A stretch of DNA of 64,000 bases from Eledone cirrhosa (taxonomy: Eukaryota). The position numbers and the translations under genes were made by a program. A model generated the notes under the pieces. That model saw nothing but the letters and a program-made list of their open reading frames with translations, was not told the DNA's origin and made no database searches. The stretch covers positions 281,914,001 through 281,978,000 of the forward strand of contig OZ024743.1 in assembly GCA_964016885.1 (NCBI GenBank), written 5' to 3'. This document shows, in pieces, positions 37,401 to 50,891 of the stretch; position 1 is the first letter of the stretch, and every line of letters begins with the position of its first letter.

Positions 37401-38640
37401 ATTAAAATAAGACTTGTCCTAAATAGAACTACTGTGACAGTAATATCTGTGTATGCACCCCAATCCGGACTGCCTGCCGCTATAAAAGACAGATTCTATG
37501 AGACATAGATGCTCACTATCTCCCAAATAACCGACAGTGACTACATAATTATTGCTGGCGACCTAAATGGTCATGTTGGACAACATTGTGACGGCTATGA
37601 CGGAATCCATGGAGGCTATGGGTTTGGTACTAGAAATGAGGAAGGCTCCAGAATCCTGGAATTCTGTGACGCAAATAACCTAACTATCTGTAACACTAAC
37701 TTCAAAAAACGAGACAATCACTTGATCACCTATAGATCAGGGGAACACGCCAGTCAGATAGATTATATCCTTACCAGAAGACGTGATAGAGTGTCTGTTG
37801 TAAACACTAAATCCCTCCCCCATGAAGAATGCACCTCGACAACAGAGGAGGACTATCCTCAGGAGAAAAATATGGAAGCTAAAGGACCCCCACAGCCAGT
37901 AATAAATTTAAAAGCATATTACTTGATGCTTTCGACAGTAAGGAAGAGCAATTAGAGTCATACAATATAGAGGAACAGTGGGAATTCCTGAAAGCTAACC
38001 TGCTGAAGGCGGCAGATGAAGTCTGTGGCTGGAGCAGGCCTATAGGCAGGAGGAGAGTAACGTGTTGGTGGAACAGTAAGGTGGAGGAGTCAATTAAGGC
38101 CAAAAAGCAGGCTTGGAAAGTATGGCGGGATGGGGGAAGTAGTGAAGACTATCAAGTGGCCAGGAGGGAAGCTAGGAGACAAGTGTACTTCGCAAGAAGG
38201 GAAGCAGAGGAAAGAAAGTTCGAGCATGTTCTACAATGCGAGGACCAAAAATGTGAGGTGTTCAGGATTGCTAGGCAATGTGTCAAGGAAAACCGTGATA
38301 TTGTCGAGGAGAAGTGTGTCCTTAATGATGATGGTGTACTTGACATCACTGACGCTGATAAGGAGTTAGCTTGGAAGTGTCACTACGAAAGGCTACTAGA
38401 TGAGGAGAATAAATGGGAGAAAGACAGTCTCCCCCACATCAATCCAATAGAGGGACCAGCAGTGCTAGTTGAAGGTAGTATAATAAGTAAGGCAATCAAA
38501 GATATGAAGACGGGTAAGGTGGCTGGGCCTTTAGAAATAGTTGCTGAAATGCTGAAAGCATCTGGAATGGTGGGACACACTATGGTCACCCGGATAGTAA
38601 ACCAAGTCATACATAATGGGGCCGTTCCGAAAGACTGGCG
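37401..38640 (+). mobile_element. RTE APE-linker fragment, inverted relative to the adjacent 3' piece
   Basis: ISVYAPQ, AGDLNGHVG, NTNFKK, SQIDYIL, WWNSKV, AEMLKA...PKDW. Confidence 0.85.
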
Positions 38641-38672
38641 TAGTTATGTCAAAATTTATAAAACACACTTCG

Positions 38673-38734
38673 TATTTTATCTGATGAAAGCGTACCAAAG
38701 TTTTTGGTACCCTTGAAATATATATAATATAATA
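38673..38734 (+). ncRNA. Minimal type I hammerhead ribozyme motif
   Basis: TATTTTAT-CTGATGA-AAGCGTACCAAA GT TTTTGGTACCCTT-GAAA-TATATA-TA-ATATAATA. Confidence 0.62.
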
Positions 38735-38761
38735 TATATATATATTATATATATATATAAT

Positions 38762-39006
38762 ATCATCATCATCATCATTTTACGTCCGCTTTTCCCTGCT
38801 TGCAAGGGTGGGACGGGAACTGATTCTGGCTTGATTTCTACAGGTGGATGCCCTTCCTAACACCAACCTCATTTACTGTGAGTGCTGGGTGCTTTTTTTT
38901 CCGTGGCACCTCCACGACCACTTTGCAGAGTAAACTGGAGCAATGTGAAATAAAGTGTCTTGCTCAAGGAAACAACACATCACCCGGTCTGAGATGTGTT
39001 GTTTCC
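38762..39006 (-). mobile_element. CORE-type SINE fragment
   Basis: same family as 25830-26177, internally deleted. Confidence 0.7.
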
Positions 39007-39030
39007 TATATATATATAATATATATAATA

Positions 39031-39094
<64 letters not shown>

Positions 39095-39097
<3 letters not shown>

Positions 39098-42000
39098 CTG
39101 TTGCTGTATTCAGGGTAGATAAAGTAATCTCAGTGTACAGAATAGATGCAAGAATCATTAAACTCGGACTAGTCCTGAATAAGACAATTACCACAATAAT
39201 ATCAGCTTACGCACCCCAATCGGGGTTGCCAGACGAACTTAAGGATAGGTTTTACGAGTCCCTAATGCACACTACTGCTCTAACAAACGACAATGACTTC
39301 CTAATCATCGCAGGAGATTTTAACGGACACGTAGGTAAACACTGTGATGGCTTCAATAGAGTCATTGGAAGCCACGGGATATGAAGAAGGATTCAGACTT
39401 TTAGAATTCTGCGACGCTAATGACATGTCGATATGTAACACAAACTTCAAAAAACCCGACAACCACCTGATCGCCTAGAGATCAGGGGAGCATTCTAGTC
39501 AGATAAATTTTATCCTCATCAGAGGACGTGACAGATGGACGGTTGTAAACACAAAAACCTACCCTAGTGAGGAATGTACCTCCCAACATAGCTTAGTTGT
39601 GAGCGACCTCACGGTCAGAACTAGATGAACCTGGAAGCAGAGGCCAGCCTGGAGAAGAAAGATCTGGAAGCTGAAAGACCCCTCAGCCAGTAACAGATTT
39701 AAAGATATTTTACTCAATGCCTACGACAGTAAAGAAGAACAGATAGAGACATTCAATGTAGAAGAGAACTGGGAGTTCCTAAAAAATAACTTACTAGAGG
39801 CGACGGATGAGATCTGTGGCTGGAGTAAGACCACAAGCAGGAGGAGAGTGACTTGGTGGTGGAACAATAAGGTAGATGGGGCAGTTAAGGCCAAGAGACA
39901 GGCATGGAAAGAATGCCAGAACGGGGGGAGCAGGGTACATTACATAGAGACCAAGAGGGAAGCTAGGCGACAAGTATACTTAGCTAGGAGGGAAGCAGAG
40001 GATAGAAAATTCAAGCATGTTTTGCAACGTGAGGACCAGAAACAGGAAGTGTTCAAGATTGCGAGGCAGTGTGTCAGAGAGAATTGTGATGTTATTGGAG
40101 AGAAGTGTATCCGGAATGATAAAGGTGAGCTTGCCCTCACAAGTGCTGAGAAGAAAGATGCATGGAAGAGCCATTATGATAGATTACTAAATGAGGAGAA
40201 TGCATGGGAAGAAGAGACCCTACCCCAAGTAGACCCTATAGAGGGGCCAGCAGTACAAGTCAGCAGCAGCGTAGTAAGTAAGGCAATCAAAGATGTGAAG
40301 ATGGGGAAGGCAACCGGTCCATCGGGTATAGCTGCCGAGATGCTGAAGGCATCTGGGTCTGTAGGTCACACTATAACCACACGTATTGTTAACCAGGTAA
40401 TACTAGAAGGTGTCATACCAAAAGATTGGTGCATCATTGTCAACTTCTACAAAGGTAAAGGTGATGCACTAGATAGAGGAAACTATAGAGGTATAAAGCT
40501 GATGGACCAGGTCATGAAAGTAACAGAAAGAGTTATAGCAAGTTGATTAGGGACCGGGTAAAACTAGATGAGATACAATTTGGGTTTGTACCAAGAAGAG
40601 GCACCACTGATGCCCTCTTCCTTGTGAGGCAGTTACAGGAAAAGTACCTAGCTAAAAGTAACCCACTCTACCTGGCATTCGTCGATCTCGAGAAAACCTT
40701 TGACAGAGTTCCACGTGCTGTAATCTTAGAAAACTAGGAGTAGATGAATGGCTTGTGAAAGCTGTACAAAGTTAGGATTAACAATGAGTATAGCGAGGAA
40801 TTTAGCGTACAGGCTGGTGTCCACCAGGGCTCTGTTCTTAGCCCTCTGCTGTTCATCAAAGTCCTGCAGGCAATAACGGAGGAGTTTAAGACCGGATGCC
40901 CATGGGAATTCCTGTATGCTGATGACCTCGCACTTATAGCTGAATCTATGGTAGAACTAGAGAAGAAATTCCAAACTTGGAAGCTGGGACTAGAAAGAAA
41001 GGGTCTCAAAGTCAACATGACAAAGACTAAGGTCCTTGTAAGTAGACGAGAAAACAGAACCCAGATCCCCTCAGGGAAATGGCCTTGCTCAGTATGTAGG
41101 AAAGGTGTAGGTAGGAACTCCATTCTCTGCCCCAAATGCAAACAATGGGTGCACAAGAGATGTAGCGGGATCTCAGGAAGCTTAATTAAGAATGTAGGCT
41201 TCACATGTAGCAGCTGTGCTGGGACAGCAAGCAGCAAACAGCCACAGGAAACAAGTACCACCAATCTCTGGGAAGGCTCTGTAGAAATAGTAGACAGCTT
41301 CTGCTACCTAGGTGACCGAATTAGCAGCGGAGGTGGGTGTTCAGAAAGTACAATAACTAGAGTAAGAACGGGATGGAAGAAGTTCAGGGAACTACTGCCA
41401 CTGCTAGCTGCAAAAGGTTTCTCCCTCAAAATGAAAGGCAGACTGTATGATGCGTGTAACCGAACAGCGATGTTGCATGGTAGTGAGACCTGGGTGCTGA
41501 AGGTGGAAGACTTACGTAGATTAGAAAGAAATGAAGCCTGCATGCTCCGATGGATGTGTAATAGTAATATACGCGAACGGCAAAGCATAAATGAATTGAG
41601 AGAGAGACTGAGCATAAGAAGAATCAAATGCTGTGTGCAGGAGAGGCGGTTGCATTGGTATGGACATGTGATGTGTATGAAGGATGACAGCTGCATAAAA
41701 AGGTGCAGAGCACTAGAAGTCGATGGAAACCGCGGAGTTGGGGGACCCAAGAAGACCTGGGATGAGGTAATAAAAGCCGACCTTACCCAATTACACCTCT
41801 AAAAGGCAATGACATACGACCGTGACCTCTGGCGTCACGCAGTAATACAGAGTACCCGATATACCATGGGTACAAGCTGAAGCATATAGACAATATGCCG
41901 CCACACCCTCCCACTGCAAAGTGGTCATGGAGGTGCCACGGCAAAAAAGCACCCAGCCCACACTGTAAAGTGGACCTATAAATGAGGTTGGTATTAGGAA

Positions 42001-42146
42001 GGGCATCCAGCTGTAGAAGTCAAGCCAGAATCAGTTCCTGTACAAGCAAGGCATGGTCAGCCGACCAGACACTGCCCACAACAGGACAACCCGTCTAACC
42101 TATGCTAGCATGGAAGAACGGACGTAAAACAGTGATGATGATGATA
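39095..42146 (+). mobile_element. RTE LINE, long 5'-truncated inactivated copy
   Basis: APE, RT (QFGFVP, FVDLEKTFD, LYADD), Cys finger, C-terminal domain, 3' UTR, (GAT)n; stops and frameshifts. Confidence 0.92.
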
Positions 42147-42976
42147 TATATATATATATATATATAATATATATAACAAAATATATATAATCATCAGGAT
42201 GATTTCCTTCGAATGAAACAGTTCTAGTCTTCTAGAAGCCATTTTTATATTAATTTTTGTTGTATACACTCTACTAATGTACTGAGTACCTTACTTACTG
42301 TGGTAACCCCCGATTGAACCTGGGACTCACACACACACACATATATATATATCTATATAATCATCATTTAACATCTATTTCTCCACACTTGCATAGGTTA
42401 GATGGGTTGTCATATTATGGGACAAGTCATATCCAGAGACCAAGTCATGCTTATACGGATCTGTATTTTGGCTTGGTTTCTGCAGCTAGATGTCCGTCCT
42501 AATGCCAGCTACATTACAGTGTGGAATGGATGCTTTTTATCTTGGCAACTAAACAACCATCTAACAGAGTGGACTTGTGCTTTTTGTCATGTAACCAGCA
42601 TGACCACCTTACAGGGTTGAGTGGGTGTTTTATGTCGTGTCACGAGCATAACCATAAATACGATGTAAATTCAATGAGGTTGATGATACAATTGTATAAA
42701 GCATTCAGATATCTAAAACTCTAATGTAATTTTGTCAGTATCCAGATTGGCAAAAGATAGTTCAGATTTCCAGTCATCGTAGATTTGTAAATCATAGAAC
42801 ATATGTAAAATTGAAAGGATCACGAAGGTTTAATACCTCATGTATTAATGTGTTAAACCTTGTATATATATATATATAAAGAACCATGTTTTCAAATTTG
42901 ATGAGAAAATATGGGATAAAAATTTAAGATGCAACAATCTAAACATAATTTTTCATAAAAACATGCCCAGACTTAC

Positions 42977-43079
42977 GTTTTTCATAATAATAATACAAAA
43001 CAGCAGCTGCTGGCTTTGTCTCTTCAAGAACAATATTTTGGACAACTTGGACAGAAAATATCTGTTCTCTACTTGATAG
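42977..43079 (-). CDS. A2M-like gene exon (MG8)
   Basis: gtag|CTA...C|gtaagt, phase 0-1; LSSREQIFSVQVVQNIVLEETKPAAAVLYYYYEK, variant of the KPA.V.VYDYYE motif. Confidence 0.88.
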
Positions 43080-43896
43080 CTACAAATAAATGAAATGATT
43101 CTCAGAATGTTAACCCTTTTAATACTAAATCACCTAGACCCATCCCTGGTTCAATATATAACTGTTTGTTTTAAACTGTTTATATTTATATGAAAAAAAA
43201 TCTTCCTTCAAAAGAATTTTTGTTAAATTATGCTCCAAACATTAACTTAGTAATGATAAAATTAGTTTGTTACCATTTCATGTCTGCTTTCCATGTTGGC
43301 ATTGGTTACTAAATTCTTCCTAATACTTGTTTATTTTCAAAATTATTTGAAAATTAGATATATAGTAATGAAATGGTTAAGTACCAATGAAGTAATTATA
43401 TTATACCTCTTTTTTTTCTTATTTATGAAATTCTTTCCCTGTTCAATTGTATTTTTCTTTGTTGCTGCTTTTTTTTTGTTCTTTTCTCGTCAGGGTTAAA
43501 TCATATACTTTTCTAAGTAAATGTGTATTAATAGCAACATATGATTCAGGCACAGCTGTGTGGTTAAGAATTTTGCTTGTCAACCGTGTGGTTCCAGGTT
43601 TGATTGTAATGGGCCTATTACCAACTCTGAACAGGCTTGGTGAACAAAATTTAACTATATATTTGCTATGAGACAACAAACTTTGTACCTTATTTCAACA
43701 AAAGTATTTAATTCTCTGGTGTGTAGTTTCATTTCATCTGTATGCTGATTACATACGATGTGAACTTGCATAATGAACATATTATGTGAGCTTACACATA
43801 TGAACAGCTTAAAAAAATTTGTTTTACACAAATGCAACACAAAACTACCCATTTCCCTCAGCCTGAAAATGTTCAGTGTTAAAAGAAAAAATATAC

Positions 43897-43977
43897 CTGT
43901 TCAAAGTAGACGTTCAGTTGAGTATCAGCATTCTGTACTTCAGCTCGTTTCACAAAGCCATTGTTAGAAAATTCCAA
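43897..43977 (-). CDS. A2M-like gene exon (MG8)
   Basis: ccag|TTG...CAG|gtatat, phase 0-0; LEFSNNGFVKRAEVQNADTQLNVYFEQ. Confidence 0.85.
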
Positions 43978-44937
43978 CTGGAAATGCAGAGAAAAAAATT
44001 ATATATATATATAAACAAGTATATATTTACCTTTCATTATTACTGAAAAAAGGGCGGTGGATTGGCAGTATCGGTAGAGGGTCGGACGCCATGCTTTGCA
44101 GCAAAGAGTTACGGCCCTTTATGGTCTGAGTTCAAATCCCGCCGAGGTTAACTTTGCCTTTCATCCTTACGGGGTCGATAAAATAAAGTACCAGTAATAC
44201 ACTGGGATAATTGCTGGCCTTGTGCCAAAAGTAGAAACAATTATTTTCTGAAAAGTTTAAATTTCTATACTAACAAAAGTGTATATCTGTATATTTACAT
44301 GTGTGTAGTGAATGGAGAAAAGCTAAATGGTTAAAAAGATTTGGTTCATCCCGACTGTGTACACTCTTGAGTAAGTGTCATTACCACAGTTCTTGAATTA
44401 CTCCATAGCTTCTGAATGAAATTGGACAGTTGGAATCTGTTTGGAAGCCTATCAGATGGACTGTACCTGTAATTCTCAGGGCCAGCTTTATCACACACAA
44501 TGTCATGCTGAGTTTCCCTTGAGAATAACATTAAGGGTACACGTGTCTGTGGAATATTCAACCCCTTACACAATAAGTTCAGGAGAAGGTTGTTCTGCTG
44601 ACTATAACTGGAACACTCCTCTTTACTATTTACATCTAATTTTGGTGTTCAAGCTGTGACAAAAAAAAATTGTTTCAGCTGTCATTAGAATGTCAGATAG
44701 AATGCTTTGCTTTTCATTCATTCAAGGTCGATAAAAAAGTACCAGTCAAGTATTAGGGTCGATTCTTCCTCTATGTCTCTTTCTCACTTCCATTCCCTCA
44801 CTCTCTATCCTTCTCTGGAAGAAATCGGCTGTAATCAGAACTGGAGAGGAAATGGGCTCTGCCAGGTTTAAAAATGCCCAAGAAATGCTGTATGTCAATC
44901 CAGCACCCCTACAATTCCTTCAGGAGTTAAGGGACCA

Positions 44938-44971
<34 letters not shown>

Positions 44972-45266
44972 ACTCTATTACGTGTTCCAGTGGACAGGCT
45001 GAGGCCATACTGGGGCATCATCATCATCACCATTTTATGTCCATTCTTTCACGCTAGCATGGGTTAGATGAGTTGTCCTGCTGTGGACAATGCTAGTGAC
45101 CATGTCTTGCTAATACAGAACTGATTTTGGCTTGATTTCTACAGCTGGATGCCCTTCCAAACACCAACCTCATTTACAGTGAGTACTGGGTGCTTTTTAT
45201 TCTGGCACCTACACGACCACTTTACAGTGTGGACTGGGTACTTTTTTTTATCATAATATATGTATA

Positions 45267-47281
45267 TGTAGCGGTTGTCTCCCTTGTTGTGACTCACAAC
45301 CCCAATAGATTAACAACATCTAGACGGGAAGTAGAACCCTTTCTGTAACTTCCGGCAGAGCCCTATAAAACGAATAGCCTTCGGCTCTCTCCCTCTCATT
45401 TGCCCTTCCGGCGCCTGGCCTTCGCCAGGCGTCTTCCGCCAGGCGTCTCGCGTTTGCCTGGCAATCAAAACGGTAACTACTAACTTTGCTTCATTCTATC
45501 ATCTATTACTTTGACATGTCAACTATACTGTTCTATATATATCCATGATTGTTAATTAAATATTATACACACAAACCATGTCGCCTTGTTACATTCATAC
45601 AACCTAGTATCTTCGCTATATTGGTGACCCCGACGTGATACGAACACGCAGCCGTTCATCGCTATAAGTGGTCACCCCGAAAAAAGAAAAAAATAGCAGA
45701 ATCTGGCGTTGTGTGAGTAACATTACGAATACACAGCAAATTTATTGACAAACTATGAAAATACTCAGTAAAAGAAACGAACACACCACGCACATGTGAA
45801 ATTTTCGCACAGACAGACTTTTTCTCTCATGCATCAACTAACTGTCGCATTTCACAATATATATATATGTTTCTCGTTTCTTACAACGAACACTTTCAAA
45901 ACAAAAAAGAAAAAAAAAAAAGAAATTTGATATTCTTTAAAAAACATTTCAACAGGAACATTTATTTTCGATGAACCCTTGCCTTTTTTTTCATCGTTCA
46001 AGTTTTTTTTCCAAAGTTCACACCAATAATTATGCTGAGTGAAGCCTTTCTTTTTCATCATTGTCACTTTCACACTTGCACTATCATTTTCTCGCGCGTT
46101 AGAAATATTATTTTTTCAACCTAGCTTAACCTTGTATTGGCACGTGTAGGCAGCACAAATTCTCAACTCACGGAGATATTTCGACTCACAGAGATAGCCG
46201 CACGCCAGAGATAACGTTTCTCGCCAAGGTTTCTTCAGCCTTAAGCTATATTCTCCTATTTGCCGGTTTAAAAATTTACCACGTAAATTTGCCGTTGAAA
46301 ACTGCGCATTTATTCAGAATGCTTATTTCTTTGGTCGCTGGCCTCTTGACCCTTCCAGGTCAACGCATTCTCAACATCGACCATCAACTTCGGCTGTTAT
46401 TTCTAGCACTTTGCGCAACTCATTTTTTTCCGAAAAAATTTTTTTTTTACTGTGAATTTAAACACCGAATACGCTCACTCAGCGAGACAACAACATCATC
46501 ACAGCTTCACCAACAACCAAAACCAGCAGAACAAGCCAGAGAATTTATTTTTGCAGCACTCTTCCTGTGAGAAAATCCATTCGGAGGTTGGAAATTTCAC
46601 GATATACCACAGAACAGAAACCACCTGCATTCATTCTCTGGAACACACTTTCTTTCCTGCTGTCATGTGATTGCACACCTGTGAACTATATTTTGTACAT
46701 TTGAACTTTGAGCTCTTCTCTTACTTTATTACATTGTATCTTTGGGTGATGGATAGATAGATGTCCAGTCGTTCTCTGGCCAAGAGCGGTTGGCTACCTT
46801 GATATCTATCATTGATTTTTGCAAACATTCTTTTGTCGTAATTTTCATGCCTGTTACAACATTCTCGCCAACTTGCAACATATTTCATTCGATTTTTATA
46901 TTCTAAAATTCTGGCGGGAGGTTATGTAGCGGTTGTCTCCCTTGTTGTGACTCACAACCCCAATAATAGATTAACAACATCTAGACGGGAAGTAGAACCC
47001 TTTCTGTAACTTCCGGCAGAGCCCTATAAAACGAATAGCCTTCGGCTCTATCCCTCTCATTTGCCCTTCCGGCGCCTGGCCTTCGCCAGGCGTCTTCCGC
47101 CAGGCGTCTCGCGTTTGCCTGGCAATCAAAACGGTAACTACTAACTTTGCTTCATTCTATCATCTATTACTTTGACATGTCAACTATACTGTTCTATATA
47201 TATCCATGATTGTTAATTAAATATTATACACACAAACCATGTCTCCTTGTTACATTCATACAACCTAGTATCTTCGCTATA
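45267..47281 (+). mobile_element. Non-coding LTR retroelement (LARD/TRIM-like)
   Basis: LTRs 45267-45620 and 46925-47281 (TGTAGCG...CGCTATA; 2 substitutions and a 3-bp indel), PBS, PPT-like ggcgggagg at ~46913-46921, no ORF in the 1.3-kb interior. Confidence 0.88.
45622..45639 (+). promoter_or_regulatory. Primer-binding site complementary to the tRNA-Trp 3' end
   Basis: TGGTGACCCCGACGTGAT, 1 nt after the 5' LTR. Confidence 0.85.
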
Positions 47282-48224
47282 TATATATATATATATTAGA
47301 TCAACATTTTCCAATGTGCCCTGCCTGTTTGAAGATGTAGAGTTTTATTTGAGAGAAATTTGGTTGCTAGTTCTAGCAGGTCTAACAGTTTCATTGGATT
47401 TTGGATTGAGACAAACAGAATTATGTGTCTTAATCAGGGGTTCTACATAATAACAGAAACATTATGTATTGAACACATGACCAAATAAGTTAGTAATCCA
47501 ACACCATAACCTTACAGCCATTGTGGTTAATAACTGTTTCTACTTTTGGCACAAGGCCAGCAATTTTAAGAGAAGAGGAAGTAAAGTACATTGACTGGTA
47601 CTTTATTTTATTGACCCCCAGAAGGATGAAATTTGACGTTGATAAGATTTGAACTCAGAACATAAAGGGCAATTAAATGCTGCAAAGCATTTTGTCTTAC
47701 ATATTAAGTATTTTACCTCAATAATAATAATTGTTTCTACTTTTGGCACAAGGCCAGCAATTACCCAGTGCATTACTGGTACTTTATTTTATCGACCCCG
47801 TAAGGATGAAAGGTAAAGTCAACCTCGGCGAGATTTGAACTCAGATCGTAAAGGGACATAACTATGCTGGAAAGCATGGCGTCCAACCCTCTACCGAGGC
47901 ATAAGGCCAGCAATTTTCGGGAGGAGGGGAAAGTCGATTAAATCGACCCCAGTGCATGATTGGTACTTTATTTTATCAACCTCGTAAGGATGAAAGGCAA
48001 AGTTAACCTCGGCGGGATTTGAACTCAGACTGTAAAGGGCCGTAATTCTATGCTGCAAAGCATGATGTCTGACGCTCTATTGATACTGATAATCCACTTC
48101 CCTTTATATAATTATAAAAATAATAACATTAAAGGCCAGACATAATTTTGGTGGAGAAAGGTACTGAAAGGAGTTGTTTGTTGATCAATGTAGCTTGCTT
48201 AGTAGACCATTACATCAATGGTAA

Positions 48225-48445
48225 AGAAAAGGAGAAAATTGGAAAGTATGCAGATTTGAGAATAGATGTTGAGGAATGTGGAATATGAAAGCAAAAGTGA
48301 GTGGTACCAATTGTGATTGAAGCTCTTGGGTCAGTGACAGAAAACCTCCAGAAAAACCTTGATAGAATTTGAATCAGTCCCAGCATTACAACATTGTAGA
48401 AAACAACACTTTAGGGAACAGCAAATATCCTGTGGAAATTAGTCT
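48225..48445 (+). mobile_element. R4/NeSL-type non-LTR element, restriction-like endonuclease C-terminal remnant
   Basis: EKIGKYADL...MW.MK..VVPIVI.ALGSV...GTANIL with frameshifts. Confidence 0.6.
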
Positions 48446-50814
48446 ATCTGAGGTTACATAACTTGATAGGGAATCAATTAAATGATCCTTTATTAATAAG
48501 ATCATCACTGTGCAAATGAAGGATAATGATAATAATAATAAATTTTTTATTGGCCATTCAGGCTGAAAGCATTGAGGACAATGCAATAAACAGGGACTGT
48601 AGGGTTTTACATATAGATGTGTGTAGAGAGAAAAATGACAAGTAACAAATAACAACAGAAGATAATTAAGGAACCCCATAGATTTAAGATCACCCTGATT
48701 ACCAAGGGTGCCATAATGAAGTACTCCTCTCTCCTCTATTCTTTCCCACCTCAGGCAATCAGGCACATACTAATAGTAAGCCCATTTACTCAGGCTATTC
48801 TTGCTACATTCACCCACCTTTTAACAAACACACTGTGGGACAATACTTCTCTCTCCACCCACACCTTCCTTTCCAAATGAAACTTGAAAGAGTTGATAAG
48901 GGCTTGGCCAAAGAGGAATGTGCCTGTTTTAAGTTATTTCAGCTCCATCCACCACACAACCTCTTTTGCTATAACCACCAGACAGAGGAAAACAACCTGC
49001 TTTTCCTGGCCAAGGTGCTATGTAGTAGAACTGAACCTGAAACTATATAGTTGAAAATCAAACTTCTTAACCACACAGCTATGTCCTCGAATGTATAATA
49101 ATTCTAAGATTGGCACAACACCTACAATTTGGGGGAAGTGAAAATCAATTATATCAGCCCAGTACTTAACTGGTACTTTATTTTATTGATCCCAGAAAGA
49201 TGAAAGACAAAGTTGACTTAGATAGAATTTGAACTCAAAACATAGAAAGTCATTAACTAAACACCAAAAATCATTTTGCCTTACACTTTACTGATACAAG
49301 CAATCCACTGCCCTGTCTGGGTTCATAATTGGAAAAAAAAAAGGAAATCTGAAGTTATTTTGCCAAGATTAATTATTAAGTATGAACTTATTCCAAAGAT
49401 AACAGAAAATGTACAGAAAATGACAAGAATTACAGTGCAAAAATGTACAAAAATGTGTGTAGTTGATATGTATTAACTTCATTCAAAATATATAGCATCA
49501 TCTCTGATAGCAATCATACAAGGTGTTGCCCACATTCTTGGCTTCATCTAAAATAACTTGTTTTCATTCAGTCAACAAAGTACATTTCTAGATGTACTGC
49601 AAAGCATTTTGTTCAATTCTCTGACAATTCACCACCCTAAAAAAAAAAATTAATGAAAACATTTTTTTTTATATTCTTCTTAGTTTAATTTAATTCTCAG
49701 CATAACATTCCATCTTGTGGAATTTAAGGTTGGCTGCTCTCTTGAGTTTGTTTATGAGATATTTTCACATATTCTAACTTCAGTATGTTAACCGTTATAC
49801 TACTATATTTCTAATAAAATACAGTTGAACCTTGGTTGATGAACTTAATTCCTTCATGAAGGCTATTTGTCATCCAAAATGTTTGTAAATTGACAGTATT
49901 TTTCCCATGCAAAAAATGTTGAGAGAGAAATACAGTGAGAAAGAAACTGTGCATGAAAGACAGATAGATATCACCATAGTAACTAACTACACAGCAAGTG
50001 ACATACTCCCGGTGATACTCCCAACTTGTAGCCAACCATTGTTACTGGCTTGTGTGTTAATTACTCAAGACACCATTCATCACCCAAGACGTTTTATGTT
50101 CAGAAAAATTGTTCATGAACCAATTTGTTCATAATGAGAGACGTTCATGAACCAAGATTCAACTGTACACTGTATTTGAATTAATTAATGAAACATTTGG
50201 AGAGATTTACTAAAACTATAAATTGTTTCATTACTAAGATGCTATTTGCTTTGTAACTTAACATAATTTCATCATCATCATCAACATTTAACGTTTGCTT
50301 TCCCTATTAAATTATGTTGAAATATTGTTTAATAAATAGGGACTTTTTAAAGTGGGTAGTGTTGTTTCATAGAATCTGAGGCAGTTATGGATAGGTTGGT
50401 ATCAAAACAGTTAAGTTAAATTAATAATGTTAAATTAAGAAGCTATGGCTACACAAAAGATGTAGTGGGATTTCAGGCAAGCTAGCAAAGAATAAGACCT
50501 CACAAGAAACAATCCCTATTAAATGCTTGAATGACTTCCTAGAGGTAGTTGACAGCTTCTGTTACCTGGGGGAACAAATTAGCAATAGGGGTTTGTGTTC
50601 TGAAAATACTGTATACAAAGTGAGGACTGATTGAAAAAAATTCAGGGACCAATTACCGCTGCTGACTACAATAGGTTTCTTCCTATAGAAAGGCAGATTG
50701 TATGATGTTGTGAAGACCCATCCAACCCCAGCAAGCAGGGAAAGCAGATGTTAAATGATAATCATTATATATATATATATATACACACACACATATATAC
50801 ATATATATATTTAT

Positions 50815-50850
<36 letters not shown>

Positions 50851-50854
50851 TTAT

Positions 50855-50886
<32 letters not shown>

Positions 50887-50891
50887 TTATA

